DNA of 64,000 nucleotides from positions 832,001 to 896,000 of the forward strand of contig CAVYRF010000002.1 of assembly GCA_963770895.1 (NCBI GenBank), read 5' to 3'. Both the position numbers and the translations under genes were made by a program. Under the pieces are notes generated by a model that was not told where the DNA came from, searched no databases, and saw only the letters and a list, made by a program, of their open reading frames with translations. Origin of the DNA: an uncultured Acidobacteriota bacterium (GTDB lineage Bacteria; Acidobacteriota; Thermoanaerobaculia; Multivoradales; UBA5704). Positions 10,887 to 19,768 of the stretch are shown here, in pieces (position 1 is the stretch's first letter; every line of letters begins with the position of its first letter).

Positions 10887-11912
10887 CTAGTGCCCGGCGC
10901 CGCGGGCGGCGCTGGCGTACGCCCGCAGCCCTTCCGCCAGGGCCAGGGCAATATATTGGCGATACAGCGGTTTGGCCAGCAGCTGCGCCTCCTCGTTGTT
11001 GGACAGGCACGACACTTCGGCGAGGATGGCCGGCATCTGCGTCGACAGCAGGACGATGAACGGCGCCGATTTGACGCCGCGGTCCTCCACCTTGGGATTC
11101 ACCTTCCCCAGCGAGCGGAACAGGGACGCCTGGACCATCTGCGCCAGCTGGCGCGACTTGTCCTGGCGCACCCCGGCGTAGATACGGTCGAGCAGCTGGC
11201 GCATGTCGGCCATCGAATAGCCCGAGCCGCGGTTCTCCGAGGCCGCCAGCCGGCTGAGCGCCGGATCGTTGGTAGGTCCCAGGAAGTAGGTTTCGACGCC
11301 GCGCGCCGCGTGGTTCTCGATCCAGTTGACGTGCACCGAAACGAAGACGTCCGCCCCCTGCCGGTTGGCGATCGCGGCGCGCTCGGCCAGCGAGATCGCG
11401 CTGTCGTCGCTGCGGGTCATCACCACCTGGAAGACTCCCTGGTCTTCCAGCAGCTGGCGCAGGCGCTGCGCGATGTCCAGGGTGATGTCTTTTTCGAGCA
11501 CTCCCGAGGGCGTCCGGGTGCCGCGACTGTCGCCGCCGTGGCCGGCATCGATGGCGACCTTGCGCACCGCCAGCGGCAGCACGGCCGCGTCGATCGCCGG
11601 CGCCGGCGACGACAGGCCGGGGATCGCCGCGCCGGGCGACAGGGCCGCGGCCAGTCCGGATGGCGAGGCCGCGGCAGGCACGGTGCGCAGCGCCGGCGGG
11701 TTGGTCCGGCTGCTGAGCAGGCCGGTCGCACCCACCAGCGCGCTGGACACCAGCAGGAGGGCCAGCGCGCCCGCCCAGCGCAGCCGGCGGCGGCGCCCGC
11801 GGGAGCGGCGCACCGCCGCCGCGGCCTGTCCCTGCCACAGCTCGACGTTCTGCTGCACCAGGTCCTGCACCATGCGGCGCTTCACACGATCGAGATTGGG
11901 CTGCGACCACAT
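10887..11912 (-). CDS. N-acetylmuramoyl-L-alanine amidase (Amidase_3) with N-terminal TM anchor
   Basis: IDAGHGG, EKDITL, SVHVN and LAEVSCLSN carry the zinc/catalytic residues; no AMIN domain before the catalytic domain. Confidence 0.92.
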   Translation of the reverse strand: MWSQPNLDRVKRRMVQDLVQQNVELWQGQAAAAVRRSRGRRRRLRWAGALALLLVSSALVGATGLLSSRTNPPALRTVPAAASPSGLAAALSPGAAIPGLSSPAPAIDAAVLPLAVRKVAIDAGHGGDSRGTRTPSGVLEKDITLDIAQRLRQLLEDQGVFQVVMTRSDDSAISLAERAAIANRQGADVFVSVHVNWIENHAARGVETYFLGPTNDPALSRLAASENRGSGYSMADMRQLLDRIYAGVRQDKSRQLAQMVQASLFRSLGKVNPKVEDRGVKSAPFIVLLSTQMPAILAEVSCLSNNEEAQLLAKPLYRQYIALALAEGLRAYASAARGAGH

Positions 11913-11924
11913 ACCGCGCGCCTG

Positions 11925-14162
11925 CTATCGGGTGCCGATGTGGATGCGCAGCTGGCGCGGACCAGGCTCGATGGCGGTGAGCACCGCATCGGGCCGGGCC
12001 AGGTCCAGCACGACGTGCAGTTCCTGCGGCGGATGGTAGCCGGTGCGGATCTGCTGCACCTCGGCGGAGCTGACGCCCAGCCGCGCGCTGGCAAAGGGCC
12101 GCGTGATGCCGCTGATCCTGATCACTTCGCGCGCCGCCGGGCCGGCGATGCGAGCTTCGGTCCAGGTGCCGGCGGCGAACTCGCCGTTGCCCCACAGGGT
12201 CACCACCGTGCCGCCGCCATGGGCCGCTTCCCAGGTGATGCGCTGGATCGCCGTGGCGCGGCCCGCGGCCGCGACGCCAGCCTGGCTGGCGGCAGCCTGC
12301 TGCGACGACGCGGGGGTGGAGTCGGTGGACGAACCCTTGGCGCGCACCAGGGGCGGGGGCGCCACGGCGGCAGATGCCTCCTGCCGCGCGGCGCTCCTGG
12401 CGCCGGGGGCGGGAGCGCTCCCCAGGGCAGCGGTGGCGCCGCCGGCCGCGACGCTCGCGGCAGCCCCGGCGCCGGAGCCGGTCCCGCCGGCAGGCCGGCC
12501 GCTGGGCGATGCCGGAGATGCGGGCGACGGGGTGGCCGCCGCAAGCTGGGCGGCGGCGGACGGCGGCGCGGCCGCGGAGGAGTCCGCGGACGGCGGCGAT
12601 TGCGCACCCTGGCCGGCCCCAGCCGGCGCCGGCGACCGCTGCCGCGACGCTTCCAGGGCAGCGGCCATCTCGGGAGTTGCGGCGGTGTCAGAGGTTGGCG
12701 GAGCCGTGGCGGCGCCGGGGCTGGCCGGGAGGGGGAGCCCCCTGCCGGCTCGGCGGGCCGCGGCACCGGGTCCTGCGGCGGCGTCCAGCGAGCCCGGCAG
12801 CACCGGCTGGCGCGGGTTGCGCCGGGTATGCAGCGCGGGTGCGCCGTCAGCAGGCGGCCCGCCGGCCGTATCCGCCGCGGCAGCGGCACCGCGGTGGTCG
12901 AGCCACTCCAGCACCGAGTCGCGCAGCAGGTAGACCGTCACACCCGCCAGGGCCAGCGCCGCCACCAGCCCGATCAGCGGCGCCCGCGAGCGCCGCCGCG
13001 GCGCGCGGTGGTCGAACGCGGCAAACGCGGGAGGCGGCGCCGCCGGACCCGCGGCCGCCGGCGCCGGCGGCGTCAGATCGTCGAGCGCCGGCAGCGTCGA
13101 AGCCATGTGTACCAACGGATCGACGTCCCCATCGGCGGTGGCGGCGCCGGCCACGGATGCGGGATGCCATGGGTCCGGCGGCGCCGTCGGTTCCTGCGGC
13201 CACCCGGTCGACCGCGCAGCGTCTGGCGCCGGCCAGTCCTGCGTGGGCGCCGCGGCACCTGATGGCCGTGCCTGTGCTGGCGCGGCGGCCCCTGCGGGCC
13301 ACTCTTGCGCCGGCGGCGCGGCATCCGACGGCCAGCCCTGACCTGGGGTGGCGGCACCCGAAGGCCAGCCGTCCGGTGCCGCCGGCGCGGCGCCACCCGC
13401 GGGCCACGCACCCGCCGGCGAAGCATTTTCTGCAGGCCAGGAAGACGGTGCCGCACCGGCGGCGGCCCAGCCTGCCTGCACTGCCGCATGGTCCGGCGCG
13501 GGGCGCCCCGGATGCACCGCGGGATCTGCCAGGCCGGCGACAGCCGGATCCGCCGGCGCCAGGGCTTCCAGGGGCGAGCGGGGGGTGATCGCGGGGATGC
13601 CGGGAACGGGCTGGATCGCCGGAATCTCGACGTGCCAGGGCATCGATGACGGCTCCTGCGCCCGCTGGGGACCCGCGGCAGCGGCGCCGACCTCAGGGGC
13701 CTCAGGGGCCTGAGAGACCTGAGGGGCCTGGGCGGCTGGCGCCGCGGACGGCTGGGCCCCCGGCGGCGCCGCGGCGGCCTGCAGCCCCGCCAGATCGAAC
13801 GGCTTGCCGCCGTGCGCCACGTAGTCGTCCACGATCTTGTAGATCAGGTCCTTGCTGCCGGCGCTGAGCTCGAGAAACCGCACCCCCATGCCGGACGGCC
13901 GCTCCGGCCCTTCCGGCCGCACGCGCGTCCAGACCACTTCGCCGCGGCCGCGGATCAGCTCGAAGCCGTCACCCAGGCGGAATTCGAACTCCAGCAGCTG
14001 TCCCGGCGGCTCGGGCGAATCGGTGCGGATGAAAATGCCGCCTGGCGAGATGTTGGCGACGTACTCGTTGATAAAACCGCTGAAGCGGTCGAATTTCAGC
14101 TGGATGCGGTGAGCGACGGGCACGCGTGTGGAGTCGCGCGGGGAGTTTGAGTAGTCGGGCAC
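11925..14162 (-). CDS. PilZ (TIGR02266-like) domain + low-complexity linker + TM + C-terminal AMIN-like domain
   Basis: RDSTR (RxxxR), NISPGG, GEVVW, GMGVRF; TM PLIGLVAALALAGVTVYLL; C-terminal VQQIRTGYHPPQELHVVLDL. Likely GTG start at 14162 (ORF is open to 14249). Confidence 0.78.
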   Translation of the reverse strand: MPDYSNSPRDSTRVPVAHRIQLKFDRFSGFINEYVANISPGGIFIRTDSPEPPGQLLEFEFRLGDGFELIRGRGEVVWTRVRPEGPERPSGMGVRFLELSAGSKDLIYKIVDDYVAHGGKPFDLAGLQAAAAPPGAQPSAAPAAQAPQVSQAPEAPEVGAAAAGPQRAQEPSSMPWHVEIPAIQPVPGIPAITPRSPLEALAPADPAVAGLADPAVHPGRPAPDHAAVQAGWAAAGAAPSSWPAENASPAGAWPAGGAAPAAPDGWPSGAATPGQGWPSDAAPPAQEWPAGAAAPAQARPSGAAAPTQDWPAPDAARSTGWPQEPTAPPDPWHPASVAGAATADGDVDPLVHMASTLPALDDLTPPAPAAAGPAAPPPAFAAFDHRAPRRRSRAPLIGLVAALALAGVTVYLLRDSVLEWLDHRGAAAAADTAGGPPADGAPALHTRRNPRQPVLPGSLDAAAGPGAAARRAGRGLPLPASPGAATAPPTSDTAATPEMAAALEASRQRSPAPAGAGQGAQSPPSADSSAAAPPSAAAQLAAATPSPASPASPSGRPAGGTGSGAGAAASVAAGGATAALGSAPAPGARSAARQEASAAVAPPPLVRAKGSSTDSTPASSQQAAASQAGVAAAGRATAIQRITWEAAHGGGTVVTLWGNGEFAAGTWTEARIAGPAAREVIRISGITRPFASARLGVSSAEVQQIRTGYHPPQELHVVLDLARPDAVLTAIEPGPRQLRIHIGTR
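13190..13470 (-). repeat. Degenerate ~33-bp coding tandem repeat (Trp-Pro-x9)
   Basis: WPAENASPAGA/WPAGGAAPAAPDG/WPSGAATPGQG/WPSDAAPPAQE/WPAGAAAPAQA/RPSGAAAPTQD/WPAPDAARSTG/WPQEP. Confidence 0.8.
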
Positions 14163-14430
14163 CGAGCTACCTTGGAACGGCTCGTCTTGATTGCTGCGGT
14201 CGTCGGGCGCCGCCCATCGTCCCCAGACCTCCGGCCTATCTCCATCCATGCGCGTCGGCCGATAATACCAGCATCGCCGCCCCGAATGGGCTGTTGGCGG
14301 GTGTGCTAGAGTTCAGCTCCCTTTCGAGGGGCGTTCGCACTCCCCTCAATCCCCCTGTCGGGATCGATCATGATCGCAGCAAGGATCGTCGGCGGCTCGC
14401 CACGGGCAGACCGCCGTGGAGTGACTTGGG

Positions 14431-15567
14431 ATGGCCAGAAAGCGCGTGGTGATTGCTGGCGCCGGCGGTATGGGCAGCGCCGTAGCCCTGTTATTGCGGG
14501 AGCTGGGCGACTTCGAAGTGGACCTGTTTCTCGGCGACTCGGACAGGGAACGGGCGGAGCTGGCGGCGGCCTGGGTGCGCGAAGGCTCCACCCAGCCCGG
14601 CGAGGTGCGGTCGTTTCACATGCCGGTCGACGCCACGTCGCCGGGCCTGGCGGCGGCCCTGGACAGCGCCGACCTGCTGCTCGACTGCCTGCCGGGCAAG
14701 GAAGCGCCGCGCATGGCGCAGCTGGCCTGCGAACACCACCTCCACTATGCCAACCTGACGGAGCATGTGCGCGAAACCAATGAGATCGTCAAGATCGCGG
14801 CTGGGTCCGACATGGGCTTCGTCCTGCAGACCGGCCTCGCTCCGGGCTTCATCAACGTGCTGGCCAACGGTCTGTTTCAGCGCTTCTGCCGCGAAAACGG
14901 CGTCGACAAAGCCGACGTCGTGGCCATGCGGGTGGGGGCGCTCAGCACCACCGCCCGGCCGCCGCACTACTACGGCTTCACCTGGAGCTCGATCGGCGTG
15001 GCCACGGAGTACGTCGAGCCGGCCACCGTGGTGCGCGAGGGCAAGCGCACCACCCGGCCGTCGCTGTCCGACCGTGAAACCATCCTGATCCACGGGGTGG
15101 TCTACGAAGAAGCGCTGACCTCCGGCGGCGCCGCCGATCTGCCGCAGGTCCTGGCCGGCCGGGTCGGCCGGCTCGACTACAAGACCCTGCGCTATCCCGG
15201 CCACTATGCCTGGGTGCAATCGATCCTCGACGAAGCGCCGGCCGGCGCCGACCGGGCCGAATACCTTCTGCGCCGCATGGAGCACGAAGTGCCCTTTGTC
15301 GACGACGACCTGGTGACCACCTATGCGGCCGTCGAAGGACGGACCGCGGACGGCAGCCTGCGCCGGCTCGAGGACGCGCGGGTGATCCGCCCCCTGCGGA
15401 TCGGCGCCCGCACCCTCAAGGCGATCCAGGCGACCACGGCGGCGGGGCTGGCCGAGTCCGCCCGCCTGCTGCTGCGGGGGGACTGCAAAGGGGTCTGCCT
15501 GCAGAGCCAGATCGATCCTCCAGAGTTCATGCATGGGCCGTTTGTCAGCACCATTTACGGCGCTTGA
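14431..15567 (+). CDS. Saccharopine dehydrogenase / lysine 6-dehydrogenase family
   Basis: GAGGMG, TGLAPG, FTWS and YKTLRYPGH motifs. Confidence 0.88.
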   Translation: MARKRVVIAGAGGMGSAVALLLRELGDFEVDLFLGDSDRERAELAAAWVREGSTQPGEVRSFHMPVDATSPGLAAALDSADLLLDCLPGKEAPRMAQLACEHHLHYANLTEHVRETNEIVKIAAGSDMGFVLQTGLAPGFINVLANGLFQRFCRENGVDKADVVAMRVGALSTTARPPHYYGFTWSSIGVATEYVEPATVVREGKRTTRPSLSDRETILIHGVVYEEALTSGGAADLPQVLAGRVGRLDYKTLRYPGHYAWVQSILDEAPAGADRAEYLLRRMEHEVPFVDDDLVTTYAAVEGRTADGSLRRLEDARVIRPLRIGARTLKAIQATTAAGLAESARLLLRGDCKGVCLQSQIDPPEFMHGPFVSTIYGA

Positions 15568-15608
15568 CGCCGCCATCACCGCCTCTTTTCCGCCCGCCCC
15601 GATGCGGA

Positions 15609-15801
15609 TGTGGAAAAATCCACGGTTCGCCGTTTGTCAAGCCCCTGTCACCCTCGGCGACGATCCTGAAAACATTTTCAAAGCATTGATTCTAAACGAG
15701 TTGACATCGGCTGCACAAAGATTTGTTCAAAGTGCGTCAAACCGCTGTCGCATCGCGTCTTCAGCCTCTCCAGGCAGGCCTTTCCCACAGGGTTTTCCAC
15801 A
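15609..15801. promoter_or_regulatory. Cluster of DnaA-box-like 9-mers and an IHF consensus site
   Basis: TGTGGAAAA (15609-15617), TTTCCCACA (15781-15789), TTTTCCACA (15793-15801); AATCAATGCTTTG on the minus strand (15679-15691) matches WATCAANNNNTTR. Confidence 0.55.
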
Positions 15802-15844
15802 CTTCCTGCGGAGATCGCTGCCGGCAAGGCAATAGGCCTTCCCA

Positions 15845-18067
15845 CTACTCGCGAATACAGGAATTCCATTCAGATTGCGTGCCAGCGCCGCCGCCAGAGA
15901 CCATCGTTGCCGTCGGCGCGGCCGGCAGGTCGAGCGCCGGCAGCAGGTCGGCGCGCACCGCCACCAGCGGCCACACGGCCGGCCACGGCAGGCGGCGAAA
16001 CAGGTGCAGCGACGTCGACTGCGTGAACCCGGCGGTGTCGATGCCCAGGGCCAGGCTGCGACGGGGGCCCAGGCGCGCCGCCGGCTGCGGCGCCGCGGCG
16101 AGCAGCGCCAGCTTCCAGCCGGGATCGACGCCGGGCCAGCGCCGCACCTCCTCCATGGCATGGCGGAACAGCGGTTCGCGCCCCTCCCACACCGCCGCCG
16201 CGGCCAGCCGCGGCTCCGCCAGCAGGGCGTGCGCCGCCAGGCGCGGCGCCAGCGGCGCGTCCGGCTGCGCCACGGCGAGATAGAACGGCGGATAGGGAGA
16301 CAGAGGGTCGAGGGCGCAGGCCTCCTGGAGCGCCGCCGGCGCCCACACCTCGCCGGCCGATCGACCCAGGATGCCGGCCACCAGCCACAGCAGCCCCACC
16401 CCCCTCGCCTCCCGCGCCGCCGTCACGGCCAGGGCGGCGGCCGCGCCGCGCTCGTCCTGGCGGTCGGCCCGCAGCAGCGCCAGCCGCATGCGGTACAGCG
16501 GGAACGCCGGGTCCAGGTGCACGGCGGCCGCCAGCTCCTCGATCGCCGCCCGGCGGCGCCCCTCCTCGCCCGCGACGACCGCCCGGTCATAGTGCCGGCG
16601 CGCCATCTCCGGCGCCAGCAGGGCCGTGGCCGCCAGCAGCCCATACGCAATCCGCGCCAGGCTGGGCACCCCGCCGGCGCCAGCGGTTGCGGAGCGCCCG
16701 GCGGCGCTGGCGCGCCCCACCCTCTCAGGCGGGTCGGCGACAGCACCGGCGGCCCCGCCCGCGGCGGTCTGGCGCTGGCGATCGGCGACGGCGCTGCCCG
16801 CCGCCACACCGCCGGCCAGGGCGGCGCCCGCCGCCACCACCATCGCCATCGGCAAAGCCGCCACCGCCAGGGCAGCGGTGCTCAGCCAGGCGACACCGCC
16901 GCCGGCCAGCCCCAGGCAGCCGGCGGCGAGCAGGTCGGGGTCGCACGCGGCGTGGCGCTCCCGCCAGCGCCGCGCTACGAAGAGCGCGGCGACGGCGGCC
17001 GCGGCGGCCAGCCCCAGCGCGCCCGTCTCGTAGGCCAGCTCGACGGGCAGCGAATGCAGCTCCCCCACCGCCTCGCCCCAGGGGTTGAGGCCGGGCCGCG
17101 GGACCAGGAACCACGCCGCCGTCCATGCCGCCGATCCGGGCCCCCACCCAAGCCAGGGGCGTTCGCGCCAACCTTCCCAACCGGCACGCAGATAGACCGC
17201 CCGCGCCGCCGCCGAAGGGTCGCGCCCTGAGCCGATGCGGCGCATCCGCGCCAGCTGCCCCGCCGCCAGCGCCGCGGCGAGCAGCAGCAACCCGGCCGCC
17301 ACCCGCCACGCCCGCCACGACCGCCCCTGCCGCCAATGCCGCCAGCCCTGCCAACCCCGCCAGCCCTGCCAACGCCGGGCGTGCACCCCACCGCCGTCGC
17401 CGCCGGCGCCAAACCAGACCGCCGCCAACACCGCTTCCGCGGTGAGCGCCAGGCCGCCGCCGAGCGATCGGCCGGCGATCGTCGCCGCCAGACCGGCGGC
17501 GCCCGCGGCAGCCCCCAGCAGGCGCCAGACGGAGCCTTCCCGAATGGGAAGCAGGGCGAGCGGTAGCAGCAGCGCCAGCCAGGTGGCGAGCAGGGTGTGA
17601 TGCCCGAGCGGCGCCAGCGTGGCGGCCAGGCCGCGCGCCGGCGTGCCGCCCGGCACCAGCGCCCACACCGACAGGGCCAGCACCGCCGCCGCGGCGCACC
17701 GGCCGCCCCAGCGGCGCGACGCCTCCAGCAGCCAGCAGCGCGCGATCGCGCCCGGCAAAAACAGGTAGGCCGGCAGCAGGGCCACCGCCTGCAGTCCGGC
17801 GCGCGGCACCGGCGACACCCAGGCGCTGGCCGCAACCGCCAGCCACAGCGCCGCCGGCGCGGCGCGGGACCAGCCACCCAGACGCAACGGGTCGTGCCAC
17901 GGCGCCGGCGAAGCCGTCTGCGCCGCCAGCACCGCCACCAGCGCCACCGCGCTGCCGGCGGCGGTCACCCCGCCCAACAGGTTGCCGCACCAGCCGGCAA
18001 ACAGTGCCGCCAGCAGCAGCGGCAGCACCCCACGCATCCCGGCGAACATCGCGCCCATCGCGGCCAT
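15845..18067 (-). CDS. O-antigen ligase-like membrane protein with C-terminal TPR-like region
   Basis: Many TMs; RPWLGWGPGS...LHSLPVELAYETGALG (Wzy_C-like); AVHLDP/CALDP helical repeats. Confidence 0.75.
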   Translation of the reverse strand: MAAMGAMFAGMRGVLPLLLAALFAGWCGNLLGGVTAAGSAVALVAVLAAQTASPAPWHDPLRLGGWSRAAPAALWLAVAASAWVSPVPRAGLQAVALLPAYLFLPGAIARCWLLEASRRWGGRCAAAAVLALSVWALVPGGTPARGLAATLAPLGHHTLLATWLALLLPLALLPIREGSVWRLLGAAAGAAGLAATIAGRSLGGGLALTAEAVLAAVWFGAGGDGGGVHARRWQGWRGWQGWRHWRQGRSWRAWRVAAGLLLLAAALAAGQLARMRRIGSGRDPSAAARAVYLRAGWEGWRERPWLGWGPGSAAWTAAWFLVPRPGLNPWGEAVGELHSLPVELAYETGALGLAAAAAVAALFVARRWRERHAACDPDLLAAGCLGLAGGGVAWLSTAALAVAALPMAMVVAAGAALAGGVAAGSAVADRQRQTAAGGAAGAVADPPERVGRASAAGRSATAGAGGVPSLARIAYGLLAATALLAPEMARRHYDRAVVAGEEGRRRAAIEELAAAVHLDPAFPLYRMRLALLRADRQDERGAAAALAVTAAREARGVGLLWLVAGILGRSAGEVWAPAALQEACALDPLSPYPPFYLAVAQPDAPLAPRLAAHALLAEPRLAAAAVWEGREPLFRHAMEEVRRWPGVDPGWKLALLAAAPQPAARLGPRRSLALGIDTAGFTQSTSLHLFRRLPWPAVWPLVAVRADLLPALDLPAAPTATMVSGGGAGTQSEWNSCIRE

Positions 18068-18226
18068 TCTACGCGCCGCATGCTGGCAGCGCCTGCACTC
18101 CGCCGCCCGCCGGGGCGCGGCCGGCGTCGCAGAACTGCGATATTCTCGCCGTCCGGCGCTTCACGCCGCCGGCCTTTCCCGCGGGCGCGCCGCGCAGCGC
18201 GCCCCGACACCGTTGGAGACCTGAAC

Positions 18227-19768
18227 ATGACCGTACAAAGCGAGCCGGCGACCGCCGGTATCCTCAAGTCGCTCGGCCTGGGAGCCGAAAATCCGGGAGC
18301 ATTCGACGGGCAGTGGATCGACACCACGGGCGACCGGGTGGAATCGATCAATCCAGCGACCGGCGAGCCGATCGCAGCCGTACGCATGACCAGCTTCGAC
18401 GAATACGAGCGCGTCGCCGCCGCCTCGGTCGCCGCCTTTCAGGATTGGCGCAGCTGGCCGGCGCCGCGGCGGGGCGAAATCGTGCGGCAGCTGGGCGTCG
18501 AGCTGCGGCGCCACAAGGACGACCTCGGCCGGCTGGTATCGCTGGAGGTGGGCAAGGTCCTCTCCGAGGGGCTGGGCGAAGTGCAGGAGATGATCGACAT
18601 GTGCGACCTCGCGGTGGGCATGTCGCGCCAGCTCTACGGCAAGACGATGCATTCCGAGCGGCCCGGCCATCGCATGTACGAACAGTGGCACCCGCTGGGG
18701 CCGGTCGGGGTGATCAGCGCCTTCAACTTCCCCGTCGCCGTATGGGCGTGGAACGCCATGGTGGCGGCAGTCTGCGGCGATTCCGTGCTGTGGAAGCCGT
18801 CGCACCAGGCGCCGCTCACCGCGGTCGCCGTCACCCGCATCGCCGAGCGCGTCCTGGCGGCCAACGGCGCGCCACCCATCTTCAACCTGGCGGTCGCCGG
18901 GCGAACCGGCGTGTCGCAGCGGCTGGTCGCCGACCGCCGGTTCCCGCTCATCTCCTTCACCGGCTCGGTGCGCGTCGGGCGGGAGATCGGCAAGGTCGTC
19001 GCCGACCGCATCGGCCGCGTGCTGCTGGAGCTCGGCGGCAACAACGGCCTGCTGGTGATGGACGACGCCGATCTCGACATGGCCCTGCGCGCCGTGCTGT
19101 TCGCCGCGGCGGGCACCGCGGGCCAGCGCTGCACCACCACCCGCCGCCTCTTCCTGCAGCGCGGCATCGCCGCCGACATGAAGCGGCGCCTGGTCGAAGC
19201 CTACCGCTCGATCCGCATCGGCGATCCGCTCGCCGCCGGCACGTTGATGGGCCCGCTGATCGACCAGGACGCGGTCGACCGCATGCAACGCGCGCTCGCC
19301 GTGGCGCGCGAGCAGGGCGGCCAGGTCCTGTACGGCGGCAACGTCCTTCCCGGCCCCGGCTGCTTCGTCGAGCCCGCCCTGGTGGCGGCCCGCGGCGACA
19401 TGCCCATCACCTGCGAAGAGACCTTCGCGCCGATCCTCTACATCCTGGAATTCGACGATCTGGACCAGGCGATCGAGCTGCACAACGCCGTGCCGCAGGG
19501 GCTCTCGTCGGCGATCTTCACCCTCAACATGCGCCACGCGGAACGCTTCCTGGCGGCAACCGGCAGCGACTGCGGCATCGCCAACGTCAACATCGGCACC
19601 TCGGGAGCGGAGATCGGCGGCGCCTTCGGCGGCGAAAAAGAAACCGGCGGCGGCCGCGAAGCCGGCTCGGATTCGTGGCAGGCCTACATGCGGCGCCAGA
19701 CCTCCACGCTCAACTGGAGCCCCGACCTGCCGCTCGCTCAGGGCGTGGAGTTCAACGTCAAGGCCTGA
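18227..19768 (+). CDS. Aldehyde dehydrogenase family 7 (aminoadipate-semialdehyde/P6C dehydrogenase-like)
   Basis: AFNFPVAV, LELGGNN, GTAGQRCTT, GGEKETGGGRE; ATG at 18227. Confidence 0.92.
   Translation: MTVQSEPATAGILKSLGLGAENPGAFDGQWIDTTGDRVESINPATGEPIAAVRMTSFDEYERVAAASVAAFQDWRSWPAPRRGEIVRQLGVELRRHKDDLGRLVSLEVGKVLSEGLGEVQEMIDMCDLAVGMSRQLYGKTMHSERPGHRMYEQWHPLGPVGVISAFNFPVAVWAWNAMVAAVCGDSVLWKPSHQAPLTAVAVTRIAERVLAANGAPPIFNLAVAGRTGVSQRLVADRRFPLISFTGSVRVGREIGKVVADRIGRVLLELGGNNGLLVMDDADLDMALRAVLFAAAGTAGQRCTTTRRLFLQRGIAADMKRRLVEAYRSIRIGDPLAAGTLMGPLIDQDAVDRMQRALAVAREQGGQVLYGGNVLPGPGCFVEPALVAARGDMPITCEETFAPILYILEFDDLDQAIELHNAVPQGLSSAIFTLNMRHAERFLAATGSDCGIANVNIGTSGAEIGGAFGGEKETGGGREAGSDSWQAYMRRQTSTLNWSPDLPLAQGVEFNVKA

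Noticed and set aside
9790-12195. 801-aa ORF as an actin fusion protein
   Set aside because: The N-terminal part overlaps the amidase in another frame; the real start is ATG 10821 after a purine-rich RBS.
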